A DNA stretch of 64,000 nt, from NCBI GenBank assembly GCA_030748635.1, contig JASMLP010000027.1, positions 1,227 to 65,226 of the forward strand, written 5' to 3'. Under the pieces are notes generated by a model. That model saw nothing but the letters and a program-made list of their open reading frames with translations, did not search any database and was not told where the DNA came from. Below are positions 40,323 through 49,595 of the stretch, piece by piece. Within the stretch, counting starts at the first letter, position 1, and each line of letters starts with the position of its first letter. Origin of the DNA: Planctomycetota bacterium (GTDB lineage: Bacteria; Planctomycetota; JACQVV01; JASMLP01). A program made the position numbers and the translations under genes.

Positions 40323-41291
40323 GTGAGCTCGGTCTTGGGACGGTTCTGGTTTTTTCTCCTTCTGGTCGGGGGGGCTGGATGTGGCCCACTTTCCCTCGAT
40401 TCCAGGGAGCTGGCTCGTGCGGGTGGGGGGGATGAGGGGCCCAGGGTTTTGCCTGTATTTCAGGACGACTCCGCTTTTGAACTGCTGGAAGAACCCGTTC
40501 CGGGAGACTGGCGAGCTGGACCCGGGCGAAGCGAGCGTCCCCAGAGCTTTCTCCGCTATGTCGCTGAGGATCCAGTGCGTAGCAGCGAGGAACGAAATCG
40601 GATCGTCTTGCAGCTACTCGGGGATTTCGAAAAATCGGATCAGGCTCTTCTGGAATCGATTCGCGAATTTGTCGCCTGTTCGTTCTCGTGTAGGGTGGAC
40701 TTGGCGGAATCTTTGCCGCTCCCACAGTCCAATCGACGGAGTCGGCTCTGGAATCGGGGTGTTTTTCAAAAGTCGTGGGTTCAGCATCACACGAAGACCA
40801 TCATGCATGAGGTGCTGGAGCCCAACCTCCCGGAGGACGCGATCTGTTGCCTTGGGATCACCCAGGAGGACCTCTATCCTGACCCCCAGTGGGAATACGT
40901 ATTCGGGCAGGCGTATTTACATCGACGCGTTGGAGTCTATTCTCTGGCTCGCTATTTCGGCAAATTCTGGATGATGTCCGAGACCCAGAGCACTCGAAGG
41001 AGAGCCCATCGGAGAGCGATGAAGGTGATTGGGCATGAAGTCGGGCACATGTTCAGCCTGGCACATTGCGCCTATTATCGATGCATCATGAACGGCTCGA
41101 ATTCCCTGGAAGAAAGCGACCGATTGCCGCTCTGGTTCTGCCCGGTCTGCGCATCCAAGCTGGTTTGGAATCGGGGTGTCGATCCGCGTGAACGCTATCT
41201 TGGCCTGGAACGCTTTTTCCGGGATCAAGGGTTCGAATTCGAGGCGGATTGGTTTGCCCGGAGGGTTTCCGATTTCAAGGGTCCGAATTGA
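40323..41291 (+). CDS. Archaemetzincin-like zinc metallopeptidase (M54-like), predicted lipoprotein
   Basis: HEVGHMFSLAHCAYYRCIMNGS..(16 aa)..CPVC fits the archaemetzincin pattern HExxHxxxxxxC-x4-C-x-M-x17-CxxC. Proposed GTG start at 40323 gives the lipoprotein-type signal SSVLGRFWFFLLLVGGAGC and avoids overlap with the divergent TauE gene (ORF track start 40065). Confidence 0.65.
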   Translation: MSSVLGRFWFFLLLVGGAGCGPLSLDSRELARAGGGDEGPRVLPVFQDDSAFELLEEPVPGDWRAGPGRSERPQSFLRYVAEDPVRSSEERNRIVLQLLGDFEKSDQALLESIREFVACSFSCRVDLAESLPLPQSNRRSRLWNRGVFQKSWVQHHTKTIMHEVLEPNLPEDAICCLGITQEDLYPDPQWEYVFGQAYLHRRVGVYSLARYFGKFWMMSETQSTRRRAHRRAMKVIGHEVGHMFSLAHCAYYRCIMNGSNSLEESDRLPLWFCPVCASKLVWNRGVDPRERYLGLERFFRDQGFEFEADWFARRVSDFKGPN

Positions 41292-41345
41292 CACACTCCC
41301 CCTGGGGTCGTTACCATCCCGCCTTCGGACCTGGAGGCTGGTGGT

Positions 41346-42821
41346 ATGAGCAAGGAATCGTCGAAAAATTCTCAATTGATCGTGGGTGAGGGCATCACAT
41401 TCGATGATGTCCTTCTGGTTCCTCAAGCTTCGGAGTGCCTGCCCGCGGAGGTAACCACTCGCACGCACTTTTCGCGAGGAATCGCGCTGGAGATTCCGGT
41501 TTCCAGTTCGCCGATGGATACGGTTACCGAAAGCCGTCTGGCTATCGCTCTGGCTCAGGAAGGTGGGATCGGCGTCGTCCACAGAAATCTCTCCATCGAG
41601 GAACAGGTACGTGAGGTGGAGAAAGTCAAGCGGAGCGCCAATGGGATTATCCTGGATCCTCATACGTTGGACCCGAACGAGCCGATCGAGCGAGCCTGGG
41701 AAATCATGCGTACCCACAACATTTCCGGACTTCCGGTGGTGGATGCGGGCAAATTGGTCGGAATCTTGACCAAGCGAGATCTTCGGTTTCAGGAGAGTGG
41801 CGAGCGGCGTATTGCCGAGGTGATGACCTCGGAAAATCTGGTTACGGCACCGCTGGGGACCACGCTAGAAGATGCCAAGGAGATTCTTCACGCAGGGAAA
41901 GTGGAAAAACTACTTCTGGTGGACGATTCCAATGCTCTTCGAGGGCTTATTACCATTCGTGATATCGATAAGCTGGAAAGGTTCCCTTTTGCCTGTCGGG
42001 ATGACCGGGGCCGATTGAGGGTGGGGGCGGCGGTTGGGGTCGCCGATGACGACCGCATCGAGGCTCTGATCGAGGTCGGAGTGGATGTGGTGGTGATCGA
42101 TACCGCTCACGGTCACTCCAAGGGGGTTCTGGACGCGGTCCGACGGGTCCGTAATTGTCACGATATTCAGATTGTGGCCGGAAATATCGCGACGGCGGAA
42201 GCGGCTCAGGCCCTCGTGGATGCTGGAGTGGATGGGATTCGTGTCGGCATCGGGCCGGGATCGATCTGTACGACACGGATCGTGGCGGGCGTGGGTGTGC
42301 CTCAGATCACCGCGGTCATGGAAGTGGCTCCGGTGGCTCGAGCCGCCGGTGTAGCGGTCATTTCGGATGGAGGGATTCGGCATTCAGGGGATATCACCAA
42401 AGCGCTCGCGGCTGGGGCCGACTGTGTCATGATCGGAAGTCTTCTGGCCGGTGTGGAGGAGAGCCCGGGCGAAACCGTGTACTACAAGGGACGAGCGTTC
42501 AAAGCGTATCGAGGGATGGGATCGCTGTCCGCGATGGAGGCGGGGAGTGCCGCTCGATACGGACAAAGCGCGGTCCGAGAAACTTCGAAACTGGTTCCAG
42601 AAGGTGTCGAAGGACGCGTCGCCCTGAAAGGGCCCCTTTCCGAATACGTGTATCAACTCGTGGGCGGAATTCGGTCTGGTATGGGGTATCTGGGGGCTGT
42701 GGACCTGGATCGAATGCGAAAGCGGGCTCGATTTCTGAGAATTTCTTCTGCATCGTTGGCTGAGAGTCACCCCCACAGTCTTCAGATCACTCGTCAGGCT
42801 CCCAACTATCTATTCGAGTAG
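41346..42821 (+). CDS. guaB: Inosine-5'-monophosphate dehydrogenase
   Basis: 491 aa. N-terminal [14 protein letters not shown]. Tandem CBS region. Catalytic loop [42 protein letters not shown]. Confidence 0.92.
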   Translation: MSKESSKNSQLIVGEGITFDDVLLVPQASECLPAEVTTRTHFSRGIALEIPVSSSPMDTVTESRLAIALAQEGGIGVVHRNLSIEEQVREVEKVKRSANGIILDPHTLDPNEPIERAWEIMRTHNISGLPVVDAGKLVGILTKRDLRFQESGERRIAEVMTSENLVTAPLGTTLEDAKEILHAGKVEKLLLVDDSNALRGLITIRDIDKLERFPFACRDDRGRLRVGAAVGVADDDRIEALIEVGVDVVVIDTAHGHSKGVLDAVRRVRNCHDIQIVAGNIATAEAAQALVDAGVDGIRVGIGPGSICTTRIVAGVGVPQITAVMEVAPVARAAGVAVISDGGIRHSGDITKALAAGADCVMIGSLLAGVEESPGETVYYKGRAFKAYRGMGSLSAMEAGSAARYGQSAVRETSKLVPEGVEGRVALKGPLSEYVYQLVGGIRSGMGYLGAVDLDRMRKRARFLRISSASLAESHPHSLQITRQAPNYLFE

Positions 42822-42837
42822 TCGCTTGGAGGTTCCC

Positions 42838-44391
42838 ATGAGCACACTTGTGCCCGAAGAGGTGGTTCTGGTTCTGGATTTCGGAAGTCAGTACGCCCAA
42901 CTGATTGCTCGAAGAATCCGGGAGCAAGGAGTTTACTGCGAAATTGTCAGTTATCTGACGCCGATCGAGACTCTTCGCGAGCGATCTCCGCGGGGATTGA
43001 TCCTCTCGGGTGGGCCGTGTTCGGTTTATGCCGATCAGGCTCCTCTTTGCGACTCGGAACTGTTCCGTCTCGGTGTCCCGGTGCTGGGAATCTGCTACGG
43101 GATGCAGTTGGGGTGTCAAACTCTGGGCGGGAAGGTGGGGCCCGCGGATTCTCGGGAGTACGGACGTACTCGCATGCAGGTCCTGGAGACCGATCCTCTC
43201 TTCACCGGACTCGAGAAGGAGCAGACGGTGTGGATGAGTCACGGGGACGCGGTGAGCGAACTCGAGGGAGACTTTCAGGTTCTGGCTACAAGTGATCACT
43301 CTCCTTACGCCGCGGTCCGGCACGCGAGCGAACCCTTTTACGGACTCCAGTTTCACCCCGAAGTGAGTCACACTCCCGGTGGGGCGCAGGTGATCCGAAA
43401 CTTTTTGATCGAGATCTGCGGTTTGCGTGGAGACTGGCGCATGACCGACTTTCGGCGGGTCGCCGTCGAGGCGTGTCGGGAGCAGGTGGGGGATGCCCAT
43501 GTCGTTCTCGGCCTTTCGGGAGGGGTGGACAGCGCGGTGGTCGCCGCCCTGGTTCACGAAGCGATCGGGGAACGTCTTCATTCGATTTTCGTCGACAACG
43601 GATTGCTGCGCGAAGGGGAGTCGGATCAGGTCGTCGAGGCGTTTTCGGCTTACGAACACTTCGACCTGACCCGGGTCGACGCTACGGATCAATTTCTCGA
43701 CTCTTTGGCCGGAGTCACCGATCCGGAAGAGAAGCGCAAGCGGATCGGACACGTATTTATCGAGGTCTTCGAAGAGGCCGCGAAAGCATTTCCCGACGTG
43801 AAGTTTCTGGCCCAGGGGACGCTCTATCCCGACGTCATCGAGAGCGTGCCGGCCCACGGCGGACCCACCGCCAAGATCAAGAGCCACCACAATGTCGGCG
43901 GTCTCCCCGAGACTCTCGGCTTCGAACTGCTCGAACCGCTGCGGTATCTCTTCAAGGACGAGGTCCGGATGTTGGGCGAAGAGTTGGGGCTTCCCGAGTC
44001 GATCCTCTGGCGTCAACCGTTTCCGGGCCCGGGCCTGGCGATCCGGATCGCGGGTGACATCACTCGCGATCGTCTTACGGTGTTGCGCCAGGCGGACACG
44101 ATCGTCCGGCAGGAGATCGACGCGGCGGGACTTACCCGCAAGCTCTGGCAATCTTTCTGCTGTCTCGTTCCGGTCCAGACGGTGGGGGTCATGGGGGATG
44201 AGCGAACTTACGAGGATCTGATCGCGGTGCGCGCGGTCGAGAGCGCGGACGGGATGACCGCCGATTGGGCCCGATTGCCCGCGGATCTGCTCGATCGGAT
44301 CGCCAATCGCGTGATCGGTGAGGTCCGAGGGGTCAACCGAGTGGTCTACGACATCACGAGCAAGCCGCCGGGCACCATCGAGTGGGAATGA
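42838..44391 (+). CDS. guaA: GMP synthase (glutamine-hydrolysing)
   Basis: [20 protein letters not shown]. GATase Cys in ICYGMQL. ATP-PPase SGGVDSAV. C-terminal IEWE. Start at MSTLVPEE (ORF track start 42826). Confidence 0.92.
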   Translation: MSTLVPEEVVLVLDFGSQYAQLIARRIREQGVYCEIVSYLTPIETLRERSPRGLILSGGPCSVYADQAPLCDSELFRLGVPVLGICYGMQLGCQTLGGKVGPADSREYGRTRMQVLETDPLFTGLEKEQTVWMSHGDAVSELEGDFQVLATSDHSPYAAVRHASEPFYGLQFHPEVSHTPGGAQVIRNFLIEICGLRGDWRMTDFRRVAVEACREQVGDAHVVLGLSGGVDSAVVAALVHEAIGERLHSIFVDNGLLREGESDQVVEAFSAYEHFDLTRVDATDQFLDSLAGVTDPEEKRKRIGHVFIEVFEEAAKAFPDVKFLAQGTLYPDVIESVPAHGGPTAKIKSHHNVGGLPETLGFELLEPLRYLFKDEVRMLGEELGLPESILWRQPFPGPGLAIRIAGDITRDRLTVLRQADTIVRQEIDAAGLTRKLWQSFCCLVPVQTVGVMGDERTYEDLIAVRAVESADGMTADWARLPADLLDRIANRVIGEVRGVNRVVYDITSKPPGTIEWE

Positions 44392-44615
44392 TCTTCCGGA
44401 TTCGGGGCCCGTTTCTTGACCGTAAAACGGGCGGAATGTGGGCCGTCTTTGCGGGATGGCATCGAGGCGATCGTTCGCAAATTTCAGGTGGAAATGGTTC
44501 ACGATGAAAGAGGTGATAACGGTTTGACCGTTTGCAACGGACTGGAGGGGGTGGGCGCAATCCTGACCGATCGATCGTTCGATCCCGAGGGGACCGCTTC
44601 CGCTCAAAACGCGCA

Positions 44616-45785
44616 ATGATCGAAATGTGCTTCCAGGTATGGGCCGTTCTCTCCGCCGTGGGTACGATCGTTTTCTTTCTCCGTGTGATCTGGGTCGGTC
44701 GCTCTCTCCGTCCGCTTCAGGAGGAGGATCTAACCGATCTTGGACGTTGGCCTTCGCTTTCGGTGGTGGTCACGGCCCGGAACGAAGCCGAACAGATCGA
44801 GTCGGCTTTGCGTACCTTGATGGGGTCGACCTATCCCCATCTCGAACTCGTGGTGGTCAACGATCGGTCGGAAGATCGTACCGGTGAGATCGTCGATCGC
44901 CTGGCCGAAGAGGGTCCGGTTCAGGCCGTGCATCTCACCGATCTTCCCGAGGGGTGGCTGGGAAAGGTGCATGCTCAGGCTCGAGGAGCCGAGGTGGCGA
45001 AAGGGGACTGGCTGCTCTTTACCGATGCGGATGTCGGTTTCTCCTCGAACGCACTCAAGCGGGCCGTGGCTTTCGCCGAACGATCCCAATTGGATCATCT
45101 GGCTCTTTTTCCGGATATTCGGGTCGGTGGATTCTGGGCCGGCCTGGTGTTACCGGTTTTCGGGTCTATTTTTCTGGAGCGTTTGCGTCTCCATCGGCTG
45201 GAAAAACCGGGCAGTGGGGCTTACGTGGGTGTCGGGGCTTTCAACCTGGTGCGGCGCGATTCACTTTTACGTTCCGAGGGACTCGCCTGGATTCGGATGG
45301 AAGTGGCCGACGATGTCGGACTTGGCCTCGTTCTCCAGCGTAGCGGAGCGCGGTCAGGGCTTCGAGTGGCCCGCGAAGATGTCAAGGTGCTCTGGTATCC
45401 GGACTTGATCACGATGTTCGAAGGGCTGGAAAAAAATCTTTTTGGAGCTTCCTGTCACTACCGTTTCAGTCGATACCTCGTCACCATGTTCCTGGGAGCC
45501 TCGTTCCTGGGTGGACTCGTCGCGCTCCCTTTTCTCGGCCCGGCGTGGATTTCGATGGGGCTGCCATTTCTGATCGGGTCGGCCCTGATCGCTTCCTCGG
45601 TTCTTGTGCATCAACGGATGGGAACCGGGTTTTATTACGGTCTGCTTTTTCCGGTCGGTTTCGTTTTGTTAGCGTCGATGTTGTCTCGGTCCGCCTGGGC
45701 CTGCTGGCGGAATCAAGGGATCTCCTGGAGGGGGACTCGGTATCCGATCGGCGAATTGCGTGCGAATCAGAGAGTGAAGATCTGA
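44616..45785 (+). CDS. Family 2 glycosyltransferase (membrane-associated)
   Basis: SLSVVVTARNEAEQIESAL..LELVVVNDRSEDRTGEIV..DWLLFTDADV (DxD region). N- and C-terminal TM segments. Start at MIEM (ORF track start 44532). Confidence 0.75.
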   Translation: MIEMCFQVWAVLSAVGTIVFFLRVIWVGRSLRPLQEEDLTDLGRWPSLSVVVTARNEAEQIESALRTLMGSTYPHLELVVVNDRSEDRTGEIVDRLAEEGPVQAVHLTDLPEGWLGKVHAQARGAEVAKGDWLLFTDADVGFSSNALKRAVAFAERSQLDHLALFPDIRVGGFWAGLVLPVFGSIFLERLRLHRLEKPGSGAYVGVGAFNLVRRDSLLRSEGLAWIRMEVADDVGLGLVLQRSGARSGLRVAREDVKVLWYPDLITMFEGLEKNLFGASCHYRFSRYLVTMFLGASFLGGLVALPFLGPAWISMGLPFLIGSALIASSVLVHQRMGTGFYYGLLFPVGFVLLASMLSRSAWACWRNQGISWRGTRYPIGELRANQRVKI

Positions 45786-45910
45786 CTTCTTTGCATCGCT
45801 GCGGTTTGGATCGAGTCGTTGAAGAGAAGAGTGGCGAGCCTATTCTACTCTGGCGAGGGAAGCGACGATCGGAGGTTGGAACCGCTTGATAACCGGTTAA
45901 GAACAGAGAG

Positions 45911-45986
45911 TGGAGCCACCCATGGGAATCGAACCCACAACCTGCGCATTACGAATGCGCTGCTCTTCCGTTTGAGCTAGGGTGGC
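45911..45986 (-). tRNA. tRNA-Thr (anticodon CGU)
   Basis: Reverse complement: GCCACCCTAGCTCAAACGGAAGAGCAGCGCATTCGTAATGCGCAGGTTGTGGGTTCGATTCCCATGGGTGGCTCCA. Folds as acceptor GCCACCC/GGGTGGC, D-arm GCTC/GAGC, anticodon stem GCGCA/TGCGC with loop TTCGTAA (anticodon CGT), T-loop GGTTCGATTCC, 3' CCA encoded. Confidence 0.9.
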
Positions 45987-46113
45987 AAGACATCGCGGGG
46001 AAGTGTACTTGCAACCAGGAATCGGCGTCAACCAGAGTGTCTGGAACCGATTCCCGCGACGATTTGCGGGTGTTGGCAAGGATTGGCTGATAGAATCCGG
46101 TTCGGAAGGATCC

Positions 46114-46629
46114 ATGCGCGAAACGGCTATCGATAACTTACATCCCCCTGTTATTGTGTCGGCTTGTCTGGCCGGGGTGTGCTGTCGTTATGACGGTCGG
46201 GATGCTCTGTCGTCCCAGGTGAAGGAGCGCGTGGAAGCGGGTGAATGTATCTCCTTATGTCCCGAAGAGCTTGGAGGATTGGGCACTCCTCGTCCCAGAG
46301 CCCGAATCGAAGCGTTCGAAGGTTCTTCGGTTTCACTTCCCCAAGACATTCAGGCGGCTCTTTGTCAGCCGATCGGTGTGGAGGGCGGAGGGGCTGTTTT
46401 CCAAGGGAAGGCTCGGGTTCGAACCGAGGAGGGGGTGGATGTCACGGATGCTTTTCTTTCCGGCGCATTCGAGGTGGCCCGTGAAGCTGTTCGGTGCGGT
46501 GCCCGTTCTGCAATTCTCAAGACCCGGAGCCCTTCTTGTGATTCAGAGATTGGAGTAACGGCGGCCCTTTTACAGGGCTTGGGGATCCAAATTTTTCCTG
46601 TCGATCGGGACCGGGAGGAGAGGGGGTGA
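46114..46629 (+). CDS. DUF523 family protein (TudS-like)
   Basis: VIVSACLAGVCCRYDGRD matches the DUF523 N-terminal Cys-rich signature. About 171 aa from the Met at 46114 (ORF track start 45982). The stop overlaps the next start (ATGA). Confidence 0.65.
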   Translation: MRETAIDNLHPPVIVSACLAGVCCRYDGRDALSSQVKERVEAGECISLCPEELGGLGTPRPRARIEAFEGSSVSLPQDIQAALCQPIGVEGGGAVFQGKARVRTEEGVDVTDAFLSGAFEVAREAVRCGARSAILKTRSPSCDSEIGVTAALLQGLGIQIFPVDRDREERG

Positions 46630-48101
46630 GGAAGCAGATCGGTTCGTATCGGTTGGAAGGAGTGATCGGCCGAGGAGGGGGGAGCACGGTCTACCGAGCA
46701 TTCCCGGAATCGGGAGAGGAACCCGTGGCGCTCAAAGTTTTGTCGGAAGATTGGGCGGCCGAGGAAAAGGGGATTCAGCGGTTTCTTCGTGAGGGACGTT
46801 CGGCCCAAGCTTTGGATCACCCGAATATCGTGCGTTGCCTCGATGTCGGCTCTCATGAGGGGCGACTCTACATCGCGATGGAGTTGGTAGAAGGGGGCAC
46901 TCTAGGAGAACGGCTTCAGGCCGAGGAGCGCATTCCGGAAAGGGAGGCTCTGGAAATCACGCTCGAGGTCGCACGGGCGCTGGAGTATGCGCATGCGGCC
47001 GGTTTTTTTCATCGGGATGTCAAACCCGCCAATATCTTGATAGGAAGAGATGGGACCGTATTGCTGGCGGACTTGGGTCTCACCCGTCCGCTGAGTGAAG
47101 AGGATCTCATCACCACTCCTGGCGAGGCGGTTGGGACTCCTCACTACATTTCTCCGGAACAGATTCAGGTGGGGCGTGTGGATGAGCGGTGTGATCTCTA
47201 TTCCCTCGGGTGCACCTTGTATCACATGCTGACTGGAGTTCCCCCTTATCATAAAGCGCCTTCCATCGCTCGGATTTTGGATGGCCATCTGGGCGAAGAT
47301 CCTGAGCCCATCATTAATTTTTCTCCCGAAGTCCGGGCTCGGACACTTCGGTTGGTTCAATCGATGATGCAGAAAAAGCCTCGGCAGCGTGTTCCCAGCG
47401 CACCGGCGCTCTGCCGACGCATCGAGGAGGCGTTGTACGGGCCGCGATCTCGAATCGTGGGGTGCTCTGTGCCTGTGAGGTTGTTTTTTCACGGGAGCCT
47501 TCTGTGGCGGGTAGGGATCGTGATCGGGATGGTTGCGGTGGGGGCCTGGGCTGTATTTCTCGGCTGGAATAAGTCCGAGGGGAGGGCTGGAAAATCCTCG
47601 CGGGTTCACGAGGTCGAGGGCATGGGGGCGATCGATAATAGGGTTCAGGCCGAGGTCGACTTCAGGGAACAAAAGCCTCTGCTGCATCGTGCGAAGAAGA
47701 GGGAGGACGCGATCCTTTCGGTCCCTCGGGAGGAGAGGCTGACTGAAACGACAGCGCTGGATATGATCCGCCAGGAGATGAAGGGCTACCTGAAGCGTGA
47801 AGACTTCGGAAGACTGGATGGATTGATTCGGCGTATCGATCAAGAGGAGTGGAACTTGGAAGATCGTGATACGATCGGGAAATGGATATCCGAGGCTCGC
47901 AGGAAAAAAGTTCGAATCCAGCGCGAGATATTTTCCGCCCTGGAAACAGCGCGACATAAGGGAGATGTCCAGGTGGTTCGAGATCACTGCCAACGAGTTA
48001 TGAATCAAGGGGACGCGATGGCCAGCTTTCGGGCCCGTCAGATTTTGGCCGAGGTGGAAAACCGGGTCATCGAAGTGCGGGTGCCCGAGGTGCCTCGATG
48101 A
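46626..48101 (+). CDS. Ser/Thr protein kinase with C-terminal TM and extracytoplasmic coiled-coil region
   Basis: GRGGGSTVYRA (Gly-rich loop), VALKVL, HRDVKPANILI, DLGLTRP, GTPHYISPEQ. TM VGIVIGMVAVGAWAVFLGW. Confidence 0.9.
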   Translation: MRKQIGSYRLEGVIGRGGGSTVYRAFPESGEEPVALKVLSEDWAAEEKGIQRFLREGRSAQALDHPNIVRCLDVGSHEGRLYIAMELVEGGTLGERLQAEERIPEREALEITLEVARALEYAHAAGFFHRDVKPANILIGRDGTVLLADLGLTRPLSEEDLITTPGEAVGTPHYISPEQIQVGRVDERCDLYSLGCTLYHMLTGVPPYHKAPSIARILDGHLGEDPEPIINFSPEVRARTLRLVQSMMQKKPRQRVPSAPALCRRIEEALYGPRSRIVGCSVPVRLFFHGSLLWRVGIVIGMVAVGAWAVFLGWNKSEGRAGKSSRVHEVEGMGAIDNRVQAEVDFREQKPLLHRAKKREDAILSVPREERLTETTALDMIRQEMKGYLKREDFGRLDGLIRRIDQEEWNLEDRDTIGKWISEARRKKVRIQREIFSALETARHKGDVQVVRDHCQRVMNQGDAMASFRARQILAEVENRVIEVRVPEVPR

Positions 48102-49018
48102 ATCTGGCTCCGGAAATGCAAACTCTCGCGAAGGTGAGCGCCGCATTGGTGGGCGCGATGATCGGTAGTTTTCTCAACGTTTGCATACACCGACTTCCTA
48201 GGTATTCACGTTCCATTGTGCACCCCCCCAGTCACTGTCCGATTTGTGGTATTGGGATCCGTCCTTGGGATAATATTCCGATCCTCTCTTTCCTCCTGCT
48301 CTGGGGAAAGTGTAGGGGGTGTCGGTCTCGCATTTCCTGGCGCTACCCTCTTGTCGAGGCCCTCACCGCGGCGATCTTTTTGGGGGTGACTTGTTTGTGG
48401 CTAGGGAATCAGCATTCGTTTGCCCGTCTGGCCAATTCCGGAATCAGCGTGACCGAGCAGATCGGCGTGCTGGTGATTACTTTCGGTTTTGTGGGGGCCT
48501 TGCTGGTGGCGACTTTTGTCGATTTGCGCTATCGAATTATTCCCGACGAGATCAGCTTGTTGGGGCTTTGTGTGGCTCCACTTTTGTGTGCCGCCATCCC
48601 ATCGATGCTTCATCAACTCCCCTCCCCGGAAGTGGTTCGACATCGACATCTCGCTGGATTCCTGGGCAGCTTGCTGGGGGCTGTTGTGGGGGGCGGCGGG
48701 ATCTATCTCATCGGAGTGGTGGGGAAGGCGATTTTCGGTAAGGAAGCGATGGGGTTTGGGGATGTGAAGTTGCTGGCAATGATCGGGGCATTTCTCGGAT
48801 GGGGCGCGGCGTTACTCACGTTTCTTCTGGCCTGTCTGGTGGGAGCTGTGTTGGGAGGGGTCTCTCTTCTTCTGACTCGGGATCGGTATACACCCTTTGG
48901 GCCCTATCTGGCTCTGGGGGCCCTGACGGTTCATCTCTTTTATCCGAGTGTGATCCGATTCGTATTCGTGACCTGGCCGTCCTTGATCCGCGGGTGGATG
49001 GGAGTCGGGACGCTATGA
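48098..49018 (+). CDS. pilD: Prepilin leader peptidase / N-methyltransferase (A24 family)
   Basis: N-terminal Cys tetrad HCPICGIGI..CRGCRSRISW. GFGDVKLLAMIGAFLGW catalytic Asp region. 306 aa polytopic. The start overlaps the kinase stop (ATGA). Confidence 0.85.
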   Translation: MNLAPEMQTLAKVSAALVGAMIGSFLNVCIHRLPRYSRSIVHPPSHCPICGIGIRPWDNIPILSFLLLWGKCRGCRSRISWRYPLVEALTAAIFLGVTCLWLGNQHSFARLANSGISVTEQIGVLVITFGFVGALLVATFVDLRYRIIPDEISLLGLCVAPLLCAAIPSMLHQLPSPEVVRHRHLAGFLGSLLGAVVGGGGIYLIGVVGKAIFGKEAMGFGDVKLLAMIGAFLGWGAALLTFLLACLVGAVLGGVSLLLTRDRYTPFGPYLALGALTVHLFYPSVIRFVFVTWPSLIRGWMGVGTL

Positions 49019-49025
49019 CTGGGGT

Positions 49026-49586
49026 TCAAGAGGTCGGTGGCAACGGGTGTGAGATCCCTGCCGAATCGGATCGGTTGGGGGACGGTTCCCAGCGTCGGTG
49101 CAGTTCATAGGCGAGAATCCCGAACGCGGTGGAAACGTTGAGCGAGTGTTTGGACCCGTACATCGGGATTTCCACGATGGAGTCGGCACGCTCTAGTATG
49201 TCGGGCTGAATGCCCAGAATTTCGTGGCCTAAGACGATCCCCACCGGTTGCTGAAAAGAGGATTCCCAGAAGATTTCACTTCGCGGGGTACGTTCGAGGC
49301 AGAGGATGTGATAACCCCGTTCCTTCAGGTCGTTGACCGCTTGAACGGTTTTTTCGTGATAGGTCCAAGGGACCGTTTCGGTCGCTCCCAGGGCGGTTTT
49401 GAGAACTCCGGGGTGAGGAGGGCGGGCGCAGATCCCTCCGAGATAAACATGTTCCGCGCAGATCGCATCCGCTGTACGGAAGATGGCGCCAACATTCCAT
49501 GCGCTGCGGATGGAATCGAGTACCACCGCAACGGGAAACCGATCCGAGAACTCCTGATTCGGGTTCGCTCTTTGCTCTGAATCCAT
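49026..49586 (-). CDS. SpoU/TrmH family RNA 2'-O-methyltransferase
   Basis: VVLDSIRSAWNVGAIFRTADA (motif 1), GYHILCLER, VLGHEILGIQPDILE, VEIPMYGSKHSLNVSTAFGILAYE (SPOUT knot motif). Confidence 0.8.
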   Translation of the reverse strand: MDSEQRANPNQEFSDRFPVAVVLDSIRSAWNVGAIFRTADAICAEHVYLGGICARPPHPGVLKTALGATETVPWTYHEKTVQAVNDLKERGYHILCLERTPRSEIFWESSFQQPVGIVLGHEILGIQPDILERADSIVEIPMYGSKHSLNVSTAFGILAYELHRRWEPSPNRSDSAGISHPLPPTS

Positions 49587-49595
49587 GAGAGGCCT

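Noticed and set aside
42787-44616. 609-aa ORF antisense to guaA. Similar long antisense ORFs lie at 40917-41717, 34085-35347, 35529-36323, 22722-23636, 26323-27183, 46902-48146, 7526-8116, 7825-8424 and 19456-19995.
   Set aside because: All lie opposite genes with unambiguous family signatures. High GC suppresses stop codons in antisense frames. The translations are Arg/Pro/Gly-rich low-complexity sequences with no motifs.
44416-44619. 67-aa ORF in the guaA-GT2 spacer
   Set aside because: No RBS, no recognisable domain, and it overlaps the likely true GT2 start region. More likely this is non-coding leader sequence (see the finding on the leader).
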